A stretch of 64,000 nucleotides of DNA from Eledone cirrhosa (taxonomy: Eukaryota), in the NCBI GenBank assembly GCA_964016885.1, contig OZ024746.1:31558001-31622000 (forward strand), written 5' to 3'. Below are positions 14,620 through 27,773 of this stretch, in pieces. The notes beneath the pieces were generated by a model. It made no database searches. It was given only the letters and a program-made list of their open reading frames with translations, and had not been told where the DNA came from. Positions within the stretch are counted from its first letter, which is position 1. The number at the start of each line of letters is the position of its first letter. The translations under genes were made by a program, and so were the position numbers.

Positions 14620-14770
14620 AATAAATTGCTGAAGAGTGCCGAAATTTTCAAGAAAAGTGGGAATATTTGTATTTTGTAAGAGAGGTAATGTTTAACGTGC
14701 AATGGTCGATATGTTTGTGTATGCCCTACGAAAAGAATATTACATAGAGACATTATGAAACGAAAATAAA
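14620..14770 (+). mobile_element. Degenerate hAT (Buster/GTF2IRD2-like) transposase N-terminal fragment
   Basis: Translates to EECRNFQEKWEYLYF and, after frameshifts, KEYYIERHYETK, resembling the hAT N-terminal zinc-finger region. Confidence 0.45.
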
Positions 14771-15131
14771 AACGGAAGTAATGAAAATTTGAAACTATAA
14801 ATTTGTGCCCCTTACATTTTGTATTAATTCACATATCCCACTTACTATCATATGTGTATTTATTTTGATGAACAAAAAAAAAAAAAAAATAAAATAAATA
14901 GAAACCTATCAGCTGTATTATTAGCATTATAACTGATGGAAACCACCCTCACTGTCAAACCAAGTCAACCCAACATCAGTGCCCCCGTCGACTGAGACTC
15001 CTAACTCTATGTCAACAACAAGCACTAGATCCGGTCGACGGGTGTATTGATCATCTCGTATGTATGCAAAAGGTAAACAGAAATACAGTACAATGAAGAA
15101 ATATATTAATTTTGATGTAGTAGTTAAAGAG

Positions 15132-15168
15132 TCATAACGTTTCGGACGCTAGTCTTTCATCAGAACAT
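15132..15168 (-). ncRNA. Minimal hammerhead ribozyme core (intron 1 of gene A, sense)
   Basis: Minus strand: CTGATGA AAGAC TAGC GTCC GAAA CG TT. Stem I pairing is poor. Confidence 0.5.
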
Positions 15169-15354
15169 AGAATGAGAAACTAAAGAAGAAATAGAAAGAT
15201 AGAGGAGAGTGAGCAGGTTCAGAAACGAAAACAAAATTCAAATATATACATATATATATATATATATGTATATATTTGAGTTTTGTTTTCGTTTCTGAAT
15301 TATATATATATATATATCTGTGTGTGTATGTGAAAACATGAGAAGTCAACTTAC

Positions 15355-15553
15355 CAGAGGTAGGATATGCACAGATAAAGATATCATCGTTTCTTAAAGG
15401 CAGATGAGAAATATTGGCCAGTACCGATGGAACTGTTGGTATAGATGGGTATGGCATCCCTTTATAGAAATAGACTGAGAAATTATGTCCATCTCTATCG
15501 TATAATTTTGTAAGAGAGCTTTCAATTTCTGTTTTTATCTTCTCACACTCCAT
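15355..15553 (-). CDS. Sulfotransferase gene A coding exon 1
   Basis: ATG at 15553-15551; MECEKIK...RNDDIFICAYPTSG, then a phase-1 GTAAGT donor. Confidence 0.88.
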
Positions 15554-16739
15554 GTTGACTGCTAGCTGAGAATAGTTACGATTTCTTTGTTACGTAAATA
15601 ATATATATATATATATATTAATTTTTTAATTATTTTTATGTAATTTTATGAACTAGCTGCTACGGCATTCGACGAGGAGTATTAGAATTGGACAGAGTAT
15701 ATACAAAGTTTGAGACCAGAGAGATAAATACACCCCTTATATATATACACACTCACGCTTAACTATAAATAAATTAAATTTGATTGTAAGACTCCGGAAC
15801 CCCGTCTCGTGTGTAATTGAATGACACTTTATGTTGAATTAATATTTTCTTTCGTTCTGCTCCTATATTTTTATGTGAAATATTTATTTAATTAAGTATT
15901 GTATATATTATTTGTGTGTATATTTTTAAATTTAAAAATAAAACATTCTGCATTAGACAGGGTTGAAGCTCTGAGCTAAACTTCTGGGAAAGCAACGAAA
16001 ATAATTTGTTAATAGAGTTATCTGTGTGTTGGTTTGTGCATATGTGTATGTATTGCTACAGAGCAGCTCTCTAGTCACGTGTTTACTCATGCTCATGTCA
16101 ATATAGTTATTTGTGTTTACTATAGAAACACACCCCACCGATTCCAGTGGGAAATAATTCTTTTTTCGAGTGCAATCAATTAAACTTATCTCCTAATATG
16201 GTTCGAAGGACATTTTACCCCTAGAAAATGGATGGAGATGAAGGCGGGTGGACACTCGGATCCCCATCCCTCGGGGTTAGGATTAAGGTTAAGATTGCAG
16301 GAGGCAGGGGGTCATGGAACCACCCCCAATAATTATATTTTTCTTCCTAAACCTACCAAAATACACATCTATTTGTATATGTGCAACAATTTATGTACAT
16401 GTAATGTAGAGACAGGTGGGAGATATAGAGAGGGGGAGATTGATGTTTATTGATATAGAGTGGGGGATTGGAAGGGAGTTCTGTGTAGTAGATATATAGA
16501 GGGGGATTGGAAGAGAGTTCCATGTAGTAGATATAGAGAGGGGAGAGTTTGGTGTTAATTGATATAAAGAGAGGTTTGGGAGAGAGTGTTGTGATTGATA
16601 TATAGAGGGGGGGGGGTGTTTGGTGGTAATGAATAGAGAGGATTGATAGAGATATGTTTTGATAGATATAGAGAGGGGGAGCGTTTTGTAGTGATGGATA
16701 GAGTGTGAGGAAACGAGAGAGAGTGTTATATAGTAGATA

Positions 16740-16885
16740 CTAGCAGAATGGCCCGGCGTTGCTCGGGATTTGCTCTAGGGTTCTTATATATTTGATATAT
16801 ATTTATCCTTATTGAGCCTCGTGAAATAAATACGTTTGTTTATATTTTGTTATTGTGTATGCAAAAATATCTGTAGACGAATATA

Positions 16886-16969
<84 letters not shown>

Positions 16970-17295
16970 TAACAGATTAAAGTTTAAGCAGAGAATTGCT
17001 CCTTTCACCCTTAACAGGATCTTCTGAAACTAAAAAAAATCAATCTGTGAACGCAGAAGTAAATATTTCGAAATGTTTTTGTGTATGCAAAAATATCTGT
17101 ACACGAATATATAAATAACAGTACAGAGAAGTACGGAATAACTCGGCCTCGGGTTGGTGTCTACATTTTGTGCTTATAAAAAAAGTTCGTCGTACATTAC
17201 CAGGGATTTTTTCCTTTCGAAGAAAATCAATACTTTATTGCGAAATAAATACTTTTGATTATATGTGTATGCAAAAATATCTGTACACGAATATA

Positions 17296-17375
<80 letters not shown>

Positions 17376-17832
17376 TAACAGATTAAAGTTTAAGCAAATA
17401 ATCGCTGCTTTCACCCTTAACGGGATTTTCTGAAACTAAAATAATAAATCTGTGAATGCAGAAGTAAATATTTCGAAAAACGTTACACACTATATATATA
17501 TATATATATACACACACTATATATACATATACACACACACACACACCGCGTCATAATGACGTAATGCAGACAGCCAGGCATACAGACAGATATTATAAGG
17601 GCGCAACGTAATATCTATGTATCTATCTAAAAAGAGAAAGACTAAGAGAGAGAGAAAGAAATCGCTAAATCGCCTAGGGCATTGAAAATTAGAATTTTTT
17701 TTTTGCTCAGAACACTCAATAGGACCATAAGTATTACATGTGTAAAGTTTGAAAACAATCGGTTGGGTGGTTCTCGAGTTTTAGTGATTGTACAGACAGA
17801 CAAACAGACATTCTCTGTTTTAGTAATATAGA
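16740..17832 (+). mobile_element. Non-autonomous Helitron/DINE-like element carrying nested Penelope-tail duplications
   Basis: 5' ACTAGCAG..GCCCGGCGTTGCTCGGG and 3' (CAGA)n...tagtaatatagac, followed by a hairpin at 17833-17869. Duplicated tail at ~16960-17070 and ~17370-17480. Confidence 0.45.
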
Positions 17833-19131
17833 CTAACAGAAAACCACCCGGTGGGCGGTTTTCTGCTAGCAAATCTAGTGTATATACTGATATTGTTGAG
17901 ATTTGGATGAGAAATGTTTTCGGCACCACATGTTCATCGTCTCTCGGTGTGTCTTTTATGCATGTATAAATATATATGTTATCTATACGGGGAAATCTTT
18001 GAAATAAATATATGTTAAAACGAAAAAGGAGAAAATAAATAACTGGCGGTTAGAAAAAAATATTCCTATGAAATTTTAATCATACCATTAGGTGTGAATA
18101 AGGAAATATTTTTTTATTGTCAAAACAAATGTTCAAAAGTTAAACTTCAATTTTTTGAATTATTTCCAATTTTTTCATGAAATTGAACACTGGACATTGG
18201 CTGCTGGAAATGGAAATTAAATCGTATTTAATTGTATTTAAATTTCTAACCTTATTTTATTATTTATATTTTTTTCAATAAGAAATAACCCCCCCCCCCC
18301 CCCCAAAAAAAAAAAAAAAAATTGAAGAAAAAAATTGAACAAATCAAACGTAGGTTATGGAACTGCGCAATCTGATTAATAAATTACCTCATCAGCAGCA
18401 ACCTTCTTCAAATGGTCCTTATTATCAGCAGCAACAACCACAAATTCAATGGCAACCTTCTTCAAACCACAAATTCAATGGCAACCTTCTTCGCATGGTG
18501 TCAAGTCAGAACCGCCTCTAACTGGTTACTTCTGGCTTGTGCAAGGTGTCTCTATAGCAACCAGCGATTCCCTCGGCCTCAGTGACCAAAGTCAGTGGAG
18601 AGGGGAAGGTAATGTTTCTATAAAGGAAGGGGAAGGTAATATTTCTGTAGCACGTGTTTTAGCGTCTATTCACTCTCTCTCTCTCTCCCTCTCTCCCTCC
18701 CGCTATCCCCCTCTCGTAGTCTGTCTCTTTCTTTCACTCTCACTCTCTCTCTACGCACGTGTTTCCACTATCGGACAGACAGACAGAGAAATTGCTGGTT
18801 ATATATATAAGTAGATAAAGAAGGGGAGAGTTTAGTGGTAATTGATATAGAGAGGGGTTTGGGAGAGAGTGTTGAATATTAGATATAGAGAGGTGGAGAG
18901 ATTGATGTATAATAGGTGTGGGAATGAGGTTGGGCGGGGAAGGGGTGGGCTTGGGAAATCGGTAATTGTATAGTTTACCTTCGTAAATATGGGATTTCTT
19001 GTAATGTTCTGTTTTTGTCGTATATAATGTTTTTTTTAATGTAAAATAAAATATTTAGACCCTGGTGATCCTGTGAGTGTGCAGGTGAAACTTTAGAGTA
19101 ACACATCTCAGCAAGAACCATAATAAATCAA

Positions 19132-19164
<33 letters not shown>

Positions 19165-20074
19165 AGAAGAAATTAAAAGATGGTTAAAAAAGTTCCATAT
19201 ATTTTATTATGCGCATTTCGATAAGGTAAGATAAGATAAGGTAACATAATATGAGACCTAAAAACACTTGTGAACAAGAAAGTGTTCAACATATGACAAA
19301 AATATAAGAGAAGAGAAAAAATAGGAAAAATGAAGAAAAGGAAAGAAGAAGGAAAACGGAAAAAGAAATAGAAGAGTGGAAAACAGAAAGAAAGAAGGAG
19401 GAGAGATGAAAAAAAAAACCTGTGAATAACGGCTAAAAAAAAATAATAATAAAAATAAATAAATAAATTGATGAGGTGAATGTGCTAATATTACAAATGT
19501 TAGTGGTCTAGAATATAGAAACTGGGTATATTATTTAATATTGAGTTTGAATACTAAAAATTGGATTAAGAAGTGTAAAAATGTATTAATAAAATAAAAC
19601 AAAAAACAAAACAAAATAAAAAAACAAAACAAAACAAAAATAAAATAAAATAAAATAAAATTAAATTAAAAATAATTATAATAATTATAAAGGGTTTTTA
19701 AAAAATAAAATAAAATAAAATAAGATTGACTAGAATAAAAATAAGAATAGACTATCTATGTCAAAATTAAAAATTACTCTTAAAAATTTATATATGTGGG
19801 GGTATAGTATTTGATTATTACCCGCCGAGGTTAACTTTGCCTTCCATCCTTACGGGGTCGATAGAATAAAGTACCAGTAATGCACTGGGATAATTGCTGG
19901 CCTTGTGCCAAAAGTAGAAACAATTATTTTATATCAACAAGTAAATAAAGGAAAATGCTAGAAAGGTTTATAAACGTAGAAAGACATATGACGTCATAGA
20001 TTGTTTACAAAATCTACGAAGGTTTGAACGAAAAATTTACGTCAATAGAGAAAGAAGGTGAAAGGCTTAATAAT

Positions 20075-20251
20075 TGTTTCTATTTTAGGTACAAGGCCAG
20101 CAATTACCCAGTACATTACTGGTACTTTATTTTATCGACCCCGTAAGAATGAAAGGCAAAGTTAACCTCGGCAGGATTTGAACTCAGATCGTAAAGGGAC
20201 GTAACTATGCTGGAAAGCATTCCGACCCTCTACTGATACTGCCAATTCACC
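20075..20251 (-). mobile_element. tRNA-derived SINE with 18-bp TSD
   Basis: Same family as 23305-23489. ggtgaaaggcttaataat is duplicated at 20057 and 20252. Confidence 0.85.
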
Positions 20252-20314
20252 GGTGAAAGGCTTAATAATGCAGAGAAAAGAGGATTAATACATTGTAGAA
20301 TATAATGAAATATG

Positions 20315-20788
20315 TGTAGCAAGAGTTGCCTCCCTTGTTGTGACGAAAACATCATCAATAGAGTATCGTTCTCTAGACAGAAAGTAGCTGGAGTTACTTC
20401 CCGTTGGGGTGATAGAACCCTTTTTGTCACTTCCGGCCGGACCCTATAAAAGGAACAGGTTAGGACGATCTCTCTCTCTCGTCTCCTGAATCCCAAAGTG
20501 TTAACAACACCTGCGACCTTGTCATGAGATGACTCCTCTCTCATTTCCTTCGCCACTCAAGAACAATGCCACCGGCAGCCTAAGAACCTAAGAAGATGTT
20601 AACACCCCCAAGAGAAGATCTCTGTTCTTCTCCACACACTTCAGCCTAGGAGTTGTGACCCACGGGTAATGATTTATTTATATTAATCCCTTTGACTTCT
20701 GTGAAGTAAAAACCTTGTCACAACACACACCGGCATTTATTGTCATTTCTAATAATTTTATATGTACACCGATACTAAATCTCCTAAA
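20315..20788 (+). mobile_element. Solo LTR (Gypsy-like), 4-bp TSD TATG
   Basis: Homolog of 13335-13796. TGTAGC start, TATAAAAGG, flanked by TATG on both sides. Confidence 0.75.
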
Positions 20789-20875
20789 TATGTGAGAAAG
20801 AATGTGTGAAAAGATATATGTATAAAAATATATGTTTAAAAAATTAACCGTTATTCGTAGAATAAGTTATAGGAC

Positions 20876-21682
20876 ATTAGCTGTATACTTTGTGAAAGGT
20901 CTTAAAAGATTTATGAATACCAAATAAGTCCGTACGTCTATTTATTAAAGAGTTGAAATTCGGGATAATGGTAAATTTTTCAGCTAGATATAAATTACAA
21001 ACCCTAGATATGGAAGCATTGGAGTAAGGTAAAGCGTTGCAAATTTTACGCAAGAGATTTCGTAATTAATGTTTTTGTCTTTAAAGGACCAAATAAGTTC
21101 TGAGAGTGCCGTGCTGGTTCTTTTAAGTGGATATTTAAATGTAGAAGAATGGTTATAGAGTCTAGCTTTAAAAGAAGTAGAAGTAATGTAAGTATAGGCA
21201 TTGGTACTAGTTACCACTTTACATTCGTATATTAGGTTTTTATCGAGACAGAAATTACTAAGAGGACAATTAGTTCTAATAGGGCAGTTGCATTTACGAT
21301 TAAGATTATTAACAGAGTTATTTACCAGTGACCCAGGATTATTTATAATAGGAACTGGACTGATGGAATTACCTAAAGGAGGTGGTAAAGTTTCCCGATT
21401 TACATTTCTATTTGAAGCATTCCTCAAAGATACGTTTGACGTCGTATTTATATTTATGTTATTTTGCCTAGAGTTGACATTGACGTCGGGCCTTAGAGTG
21501 TTATTATTATGACTCTCATGGTTGGATGCATATGAGTTATTATTTAATATTTTAGAATTATGTCTTGAGATAATTTTAGAAATGTTGGAAGTAGTGGAAT
21601 ATGAGAATTTAATGGTATGCTTATTAAAAATCTTGCTATAAATATGTGAAGGGGGAAGCTGTTATCTAAAGCCTAAAAAATA

Positions 21683-21685
<3 letters not shown>
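20876..21685 (-). mobile_element. Penelope-like element fragment (linker + GIY-YIG endonuclease), degenerate
   Basis: CNCPIRTNCPLSNFCLDKNLIYECKV...FKARLYNH...TALSELIW; same family as 44276-45788. Confidence 0.85.
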
Positions 21686-21732
<47 letters not shown>

Positions 21733-22357
21733 TAGAATTGTGCTCCGAAATAGCGATATATATATGAATATATATATAGTGTATTTTGCAATACACTGTA
21801 TACTTAATTAAAAGCATTTTGAAGACCATACGCTATTGTTTTAAAATCGTGACAATGTCACTTATTTAAATCTTCAGCAAATAGGGGAGATAAACTGACA
21901 GAGCTCTGTTTCGTACTTTTTGGTACTTATCAAAGTTCACTACCCCTCCTGTTTGCTGAAAATTATGTGTGTTGAATTCTTATAGAATTCCAGTAATAAT
22001 CAGGAACTGATTATACAGAGCGGTCGCCGGTCCAGCAGAAATTGAAAATTAGAATTGGTGCTCTGAAATAGCGATATATATATGAATGTATATATATACA
22101 CTATATAATTATTACCCCTAACAATTAAACTCGGTAGATCTAAACAAAATAGGGGAAATATAAAAATAAACCCTTGTATATATGTAAATATATGCAAGTA
22201 TATATTTCTGCCTGCTAATGGTACCATGACTAAACCGGCTTCCTAACCAGACCCTAGTCTAGTAAGGCTGGACCAGGTGCGCATGCGCGAAGGCCCGACC
22301 ACATGCGCGAATATATATACATATATATATACATATGATGGCTGCCCCCTCGTTATC

Positions 22358-22670
22358 GCGTATGGCCACTGCACGATATACCATTATTAATAATTATTAA
22401 TTAATTCTATCGTGCAATGCCTGTGCGTGAAGATATTTTTTAAAGTGAGGAAAGACTGTGCCCTTAGCCAATCCCACTCTCTGAGCGACAGTAGCTATAA
22501 CCCGAAAAGAAGAAAAGATCAACATCATCGGTAACTACTGAGCCGCAGGTTTTATATCGGAGTTATCCTAGTTTCCTGAGTTGCCTTCTCCTAGAAGAAT
22601 GCCCTGACAAAGGCTAGAGGTCCTTCACTCCCAGTGGTTTAACCGCGCGATCGGGTGTCCAGCCCGACTA
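22358..22670 (-). mobile_element. Divergent bipartite RTE-derived non-autonomous element
   Basis: Shares ggctgcc..tcgtt.tcg.gtatggccact and ccttctcctaga...tgacaaaggcta with 27099-27510. Confidence 0.5.
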
Positions 22671-22756
22671 TTTCTATGTCTCCGCGCATATACATACACC
22701 CATGTATATATAAATATACATACATATGTACATGTGTATATACATATTTACACACT

Positions 22757-24978
22757 TGTAGTGACCTACATTCCGCGGGCTCACATACATTCTCTGTGCG
22801 TGATTTGGCTCAGCTCAGCCAATCAGCGCCAGTAGAAGAGAATGTATCCCTACGCGCCCTGAGGGAGAGATTCCCCGCGAGGATTTGAAGAATCAGCCTC
22901 TCGCATCCTGAACTTCGAAGGAACAACACGTACAACATGTAACGGTGAGATTTTGCACTTTGGCCTGCCGGCCTGCCTCGGGCCTGGCACAATGGCACAT
23001 TCCTTTTGTAACCTTTTTTAGGTTGAACTACAATCATACAATTTAACAAACATTACTTTGTGCCACAACAAATAAACATACTTTTCATCTCACGAACATT
23101 CTTCTTGTTGACGTTGTTATCAAGTTACTCGTTTGTCGATATGACTAACACATCTTTCTATCAAACTGATTACTCGTGTCGTGGCGCTTCTAACTATAAC
23201 ACAACAACCTGCTAAATTGGTGACCTGACGTGAGGAATATTGTAAATACAAAATATTCCTTTTAAAATAAAAAAAAATTAGCAGTATTTAAAAAAATTTT
23301 AAAAGGGCGATGGATTGGCAGTATCGGTAGAGGGTCGGACGCCATGCTTTCAAGCATAGTTACGTCCCTTTACGATCTGAGTTCAAATCCCGCCGAGGTT
23401 GACTTTGCCTTTCATCCTTACGGGGTCGATAAAATAAAGTACCAGTAATGCACTGGGTAATTGCTGGCCTTGTGCCTAAAGTAGAAACAAGTATTTAAAA
23501 AAATTTTTGCCACGAGGAAATTTCAAAATGGCTACCACCAAGTACTTCTCTACTACCAGCCATCAGCAGCAACACATGGCTATCACCACTACCAAATACA
23601 TCAGCAGCAGCGACAACACATGGTTAACTACTAACCGACAACAGGGAATAGCGATGTGGCAGCCTTGTAACTTTACCGACGCAACCACCATACCTTCTGT
23701 CTCGTTACCACAGGGCCTCGAGAAATTAAGACATCAGTCTTCTCACCACTATGGCGTCAGACGTGACTGGCATATTGGTGACTCTAGGCTCTTCAACGCT
23801 CGACTTCGATTCTACAGAAGATTCACTGTGACTTTGCTTTAACAGCAATAAGAACAACTCTACTAGCTTCCTAGTAAGAGCGATCCCAAAGAAAGGAAAC
23901 AGCGAACTTTGTTTCAAGAAACAATTATTTATTTATTTCTCTATTTACAGGCAATGTCCGGACATTTATTCTTTTAGAACTGCATTATATGAAAATTTTT
24001 TTATTTTTATCATTGTATATATGACTGCATCATTTTCTTTATCATTGTATATATGACTGCACCCACACATTCTTTGCTGTATTACATGCCTGCATATGCA
24101 CACACATTTCTTTGACACACACCAACATGTTGTTCTTAGTATATGTTCTTCAAACGTAATATTCTGGGAGATCCCTTTTCACCTGGTTGAGGTGCCGACA
24201 CATGCTAGCGACTCATAGAGCTTAATTCACCTGGATTCAAACAGGCACCGCAACACGAGAACTGCTAATTGCAGCTGGATTCAAATAGCTTCGCATCTCG
24301 TTGCACACTCATCGTCCATAACAACCCCCATCTTGTTACCTTACCCGACTCACTGGGAAAACAACAAATGGAACTGGACCTGTCAGCATTTCCACCACTT
24401 CTGTGGATTCGCCAGAATGATGGAATTTACATGCAACTACTACCCACCTACAGATTCAACTTGCTTTTTTCTTTTCAAAGCAATCAGCCATTTTTTCCTG
24501 GCTGCCTAGCACTTTCGGCAGTACATCTGGGAGGCCGACATTTTCTCGCCTACTCATCATCTTCTTGCCAGCACTGGTAAACTACCATAATAGCTTCATC
24601 CACAGCTACCGGTACAACACTTACCATTAACATTTAATGCAAGAACAGCAACTTCGCCCATGTCAGACTTTATCCGTTTTCTGTTAGACCCTTGGTGGTC
24701 ACGTATAAACTACAAAACAGCTAGTCATTTGACACAGCGGCTCAACACGGCCCTTAGCGCCTCATTTTTTTTCTTGCATGCATTCTTCTGTTCAATTATA
24801 TTTTTCACTGATGTGCTCTTTCAGCATTTTTTCCTGCTGATTCAATATTCTGTATCGTCTTACGACTAGAGGAGGAGTATTGTAGTGACCTACATTCCGC
24901 GGGCTCACATACATTCTCTGTGCGTGATTTGGCTTAGCTCAGCCAATCAGCGCCAGCGCCAATCAGCGCCAGTAGAAC
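22757..24978 (+). mobile_element. Non-autonomous LTR retrotransposon: 5' LTR 22757-23216, PBS(Trp) 23218-23233, PPT 24868-24877, truncated 3' LTR 24881-24978
   Basis: Direct repeat TGTAGTGACCTACATTCCGCGGG at 22757 and 24881. TGGTGACCTGACGTGA is close to the complement of the tRNA-Trp 3' end (TGGTGACCCCGACGTGA). AGAGGAGGAG precedes LTR2. There is no long internal ORF. Confidence 0.8.
23305..23489 (+). mobile_element. Full-length tRNA-derived SINE with 18-bp TSD, nested in the LTR element
   Basis: A/B boxes present; agtatttaaaaaaatttt is duplicated at 23283 and 23490. Confidence 0.85.
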
Positions 24979-25065
24979 AGAACAAACAAATGTTTATTAA
25001 TAAACATTTGTTTGTTCTGCCCCTCTGTTTTGTTCCCGTTCAATTTTTCCTTATATATGTGTATA

Positions 25066-25140
<75 letters not shown>

Positions 25141-25780
25141 ATGTATATGTATGTGTATATATATATACTTTTATATATATATATACATATATATGTGTGT
25201 ATGTATGTGTGTGTATGTATATGTATATATGTATATATATATATATATAAATATATTTATATGTGTGTGTGTATATGTGTGTATATGTGTATGTGTGTTT
25301 ATGGGTGCGCGCGAGTGTGTGAGTGAGTGTGTTTTGTGAATGTGTCTGTTGATTTTTTAGCATATAGTTTAAGAGAAATTTGAAGATAATTGCATGATAT
25401 GCACTCAATATTTTGAATTTGTCTACAGAATTCTCTAAACCTTTGTCACTTAGTAGAACCTTAATGAATTTAGCTTTTAAAGAATCTCCCTTTCCTTTAA
25501 ATCTATCTACCATGACTGACCCCCACTGATCTTATAGACACCTGTTAGCTTAAGAGAAACTTAATAATAAGGAGTGGCATGCCATCCTGAACCTGTTTAT
25601 AGAATTCTGTCTGCCTTTGTTACTAAAAACAAAAATAAATAAAAATAAACTATAGCTTTGTAGAATTAGCTTTTAATGAATTCCCTTTTCTATCAACCAA
25701 TGACCTACACCCATCCCACTCCCCACCCTCTCCTACCACTTGTAGAGACCTATAAATACCATACTTATTTTTTGATACCC

Positions 25781-25831
25781 AGATTCCTGATGATTTCTAA
25801 AGAATGAAACAGTTCTAGTCCTGTAGAATCT
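25781..25831 (+). ncRNA. Type I hammerhead ribozyme (canonical core)
   Basis: agattc CTGATGA tttc taaa gaat GAAA cag ttctagtc ctg TA gaatct: 6-bp stem I, stem III ACAG/CTGT, GUA cleavage triplet. Confidence 0.8.
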
Positions 25832-25913
25832 CATCTATATTAAAACTTTTATACTCTGCAATGTATTGAGTACCTTACTTACTGTGGTTACCTCCGATTC
25901 AACCCGGAATAAC

Positions 25914-27657
<1,744 letters not shown>

Positions 27658-27659
27658 TC

Positions 27660-27701
<42 letters not shown>

Positions 27702-27703
27702 TC

Positions 27704-27770
<67 letters not shown>

Positions 27771-27773
<3 letters not shown>

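Larger units (their letters stand above)
8021..15553 (-). other. Gene A: five-exon cytosolic sulfotransferase (Sulfotransfer_1/SULT1-like) gene, 300 aa
   Basis: Join 15355-15553, 10927-11244, 9766-9863, 8890-9067, 8021-8130 = 903 bp, open frame, all GT-AG introns. Motifs DDIFICAYPTSGTHW, PRVLNTH, RNPKSVVVSYY, TYEE, FFRAG, TVAQSE. Confidence 0.92.

Noticed and set aside
13335-20788. One 7.4-kb LTR retrotransposon that captured exon 1
   Set aside because: Each LTR has its own TSD, the outer flanks differ, and there is no PBS, PPT or gag/pol between them.
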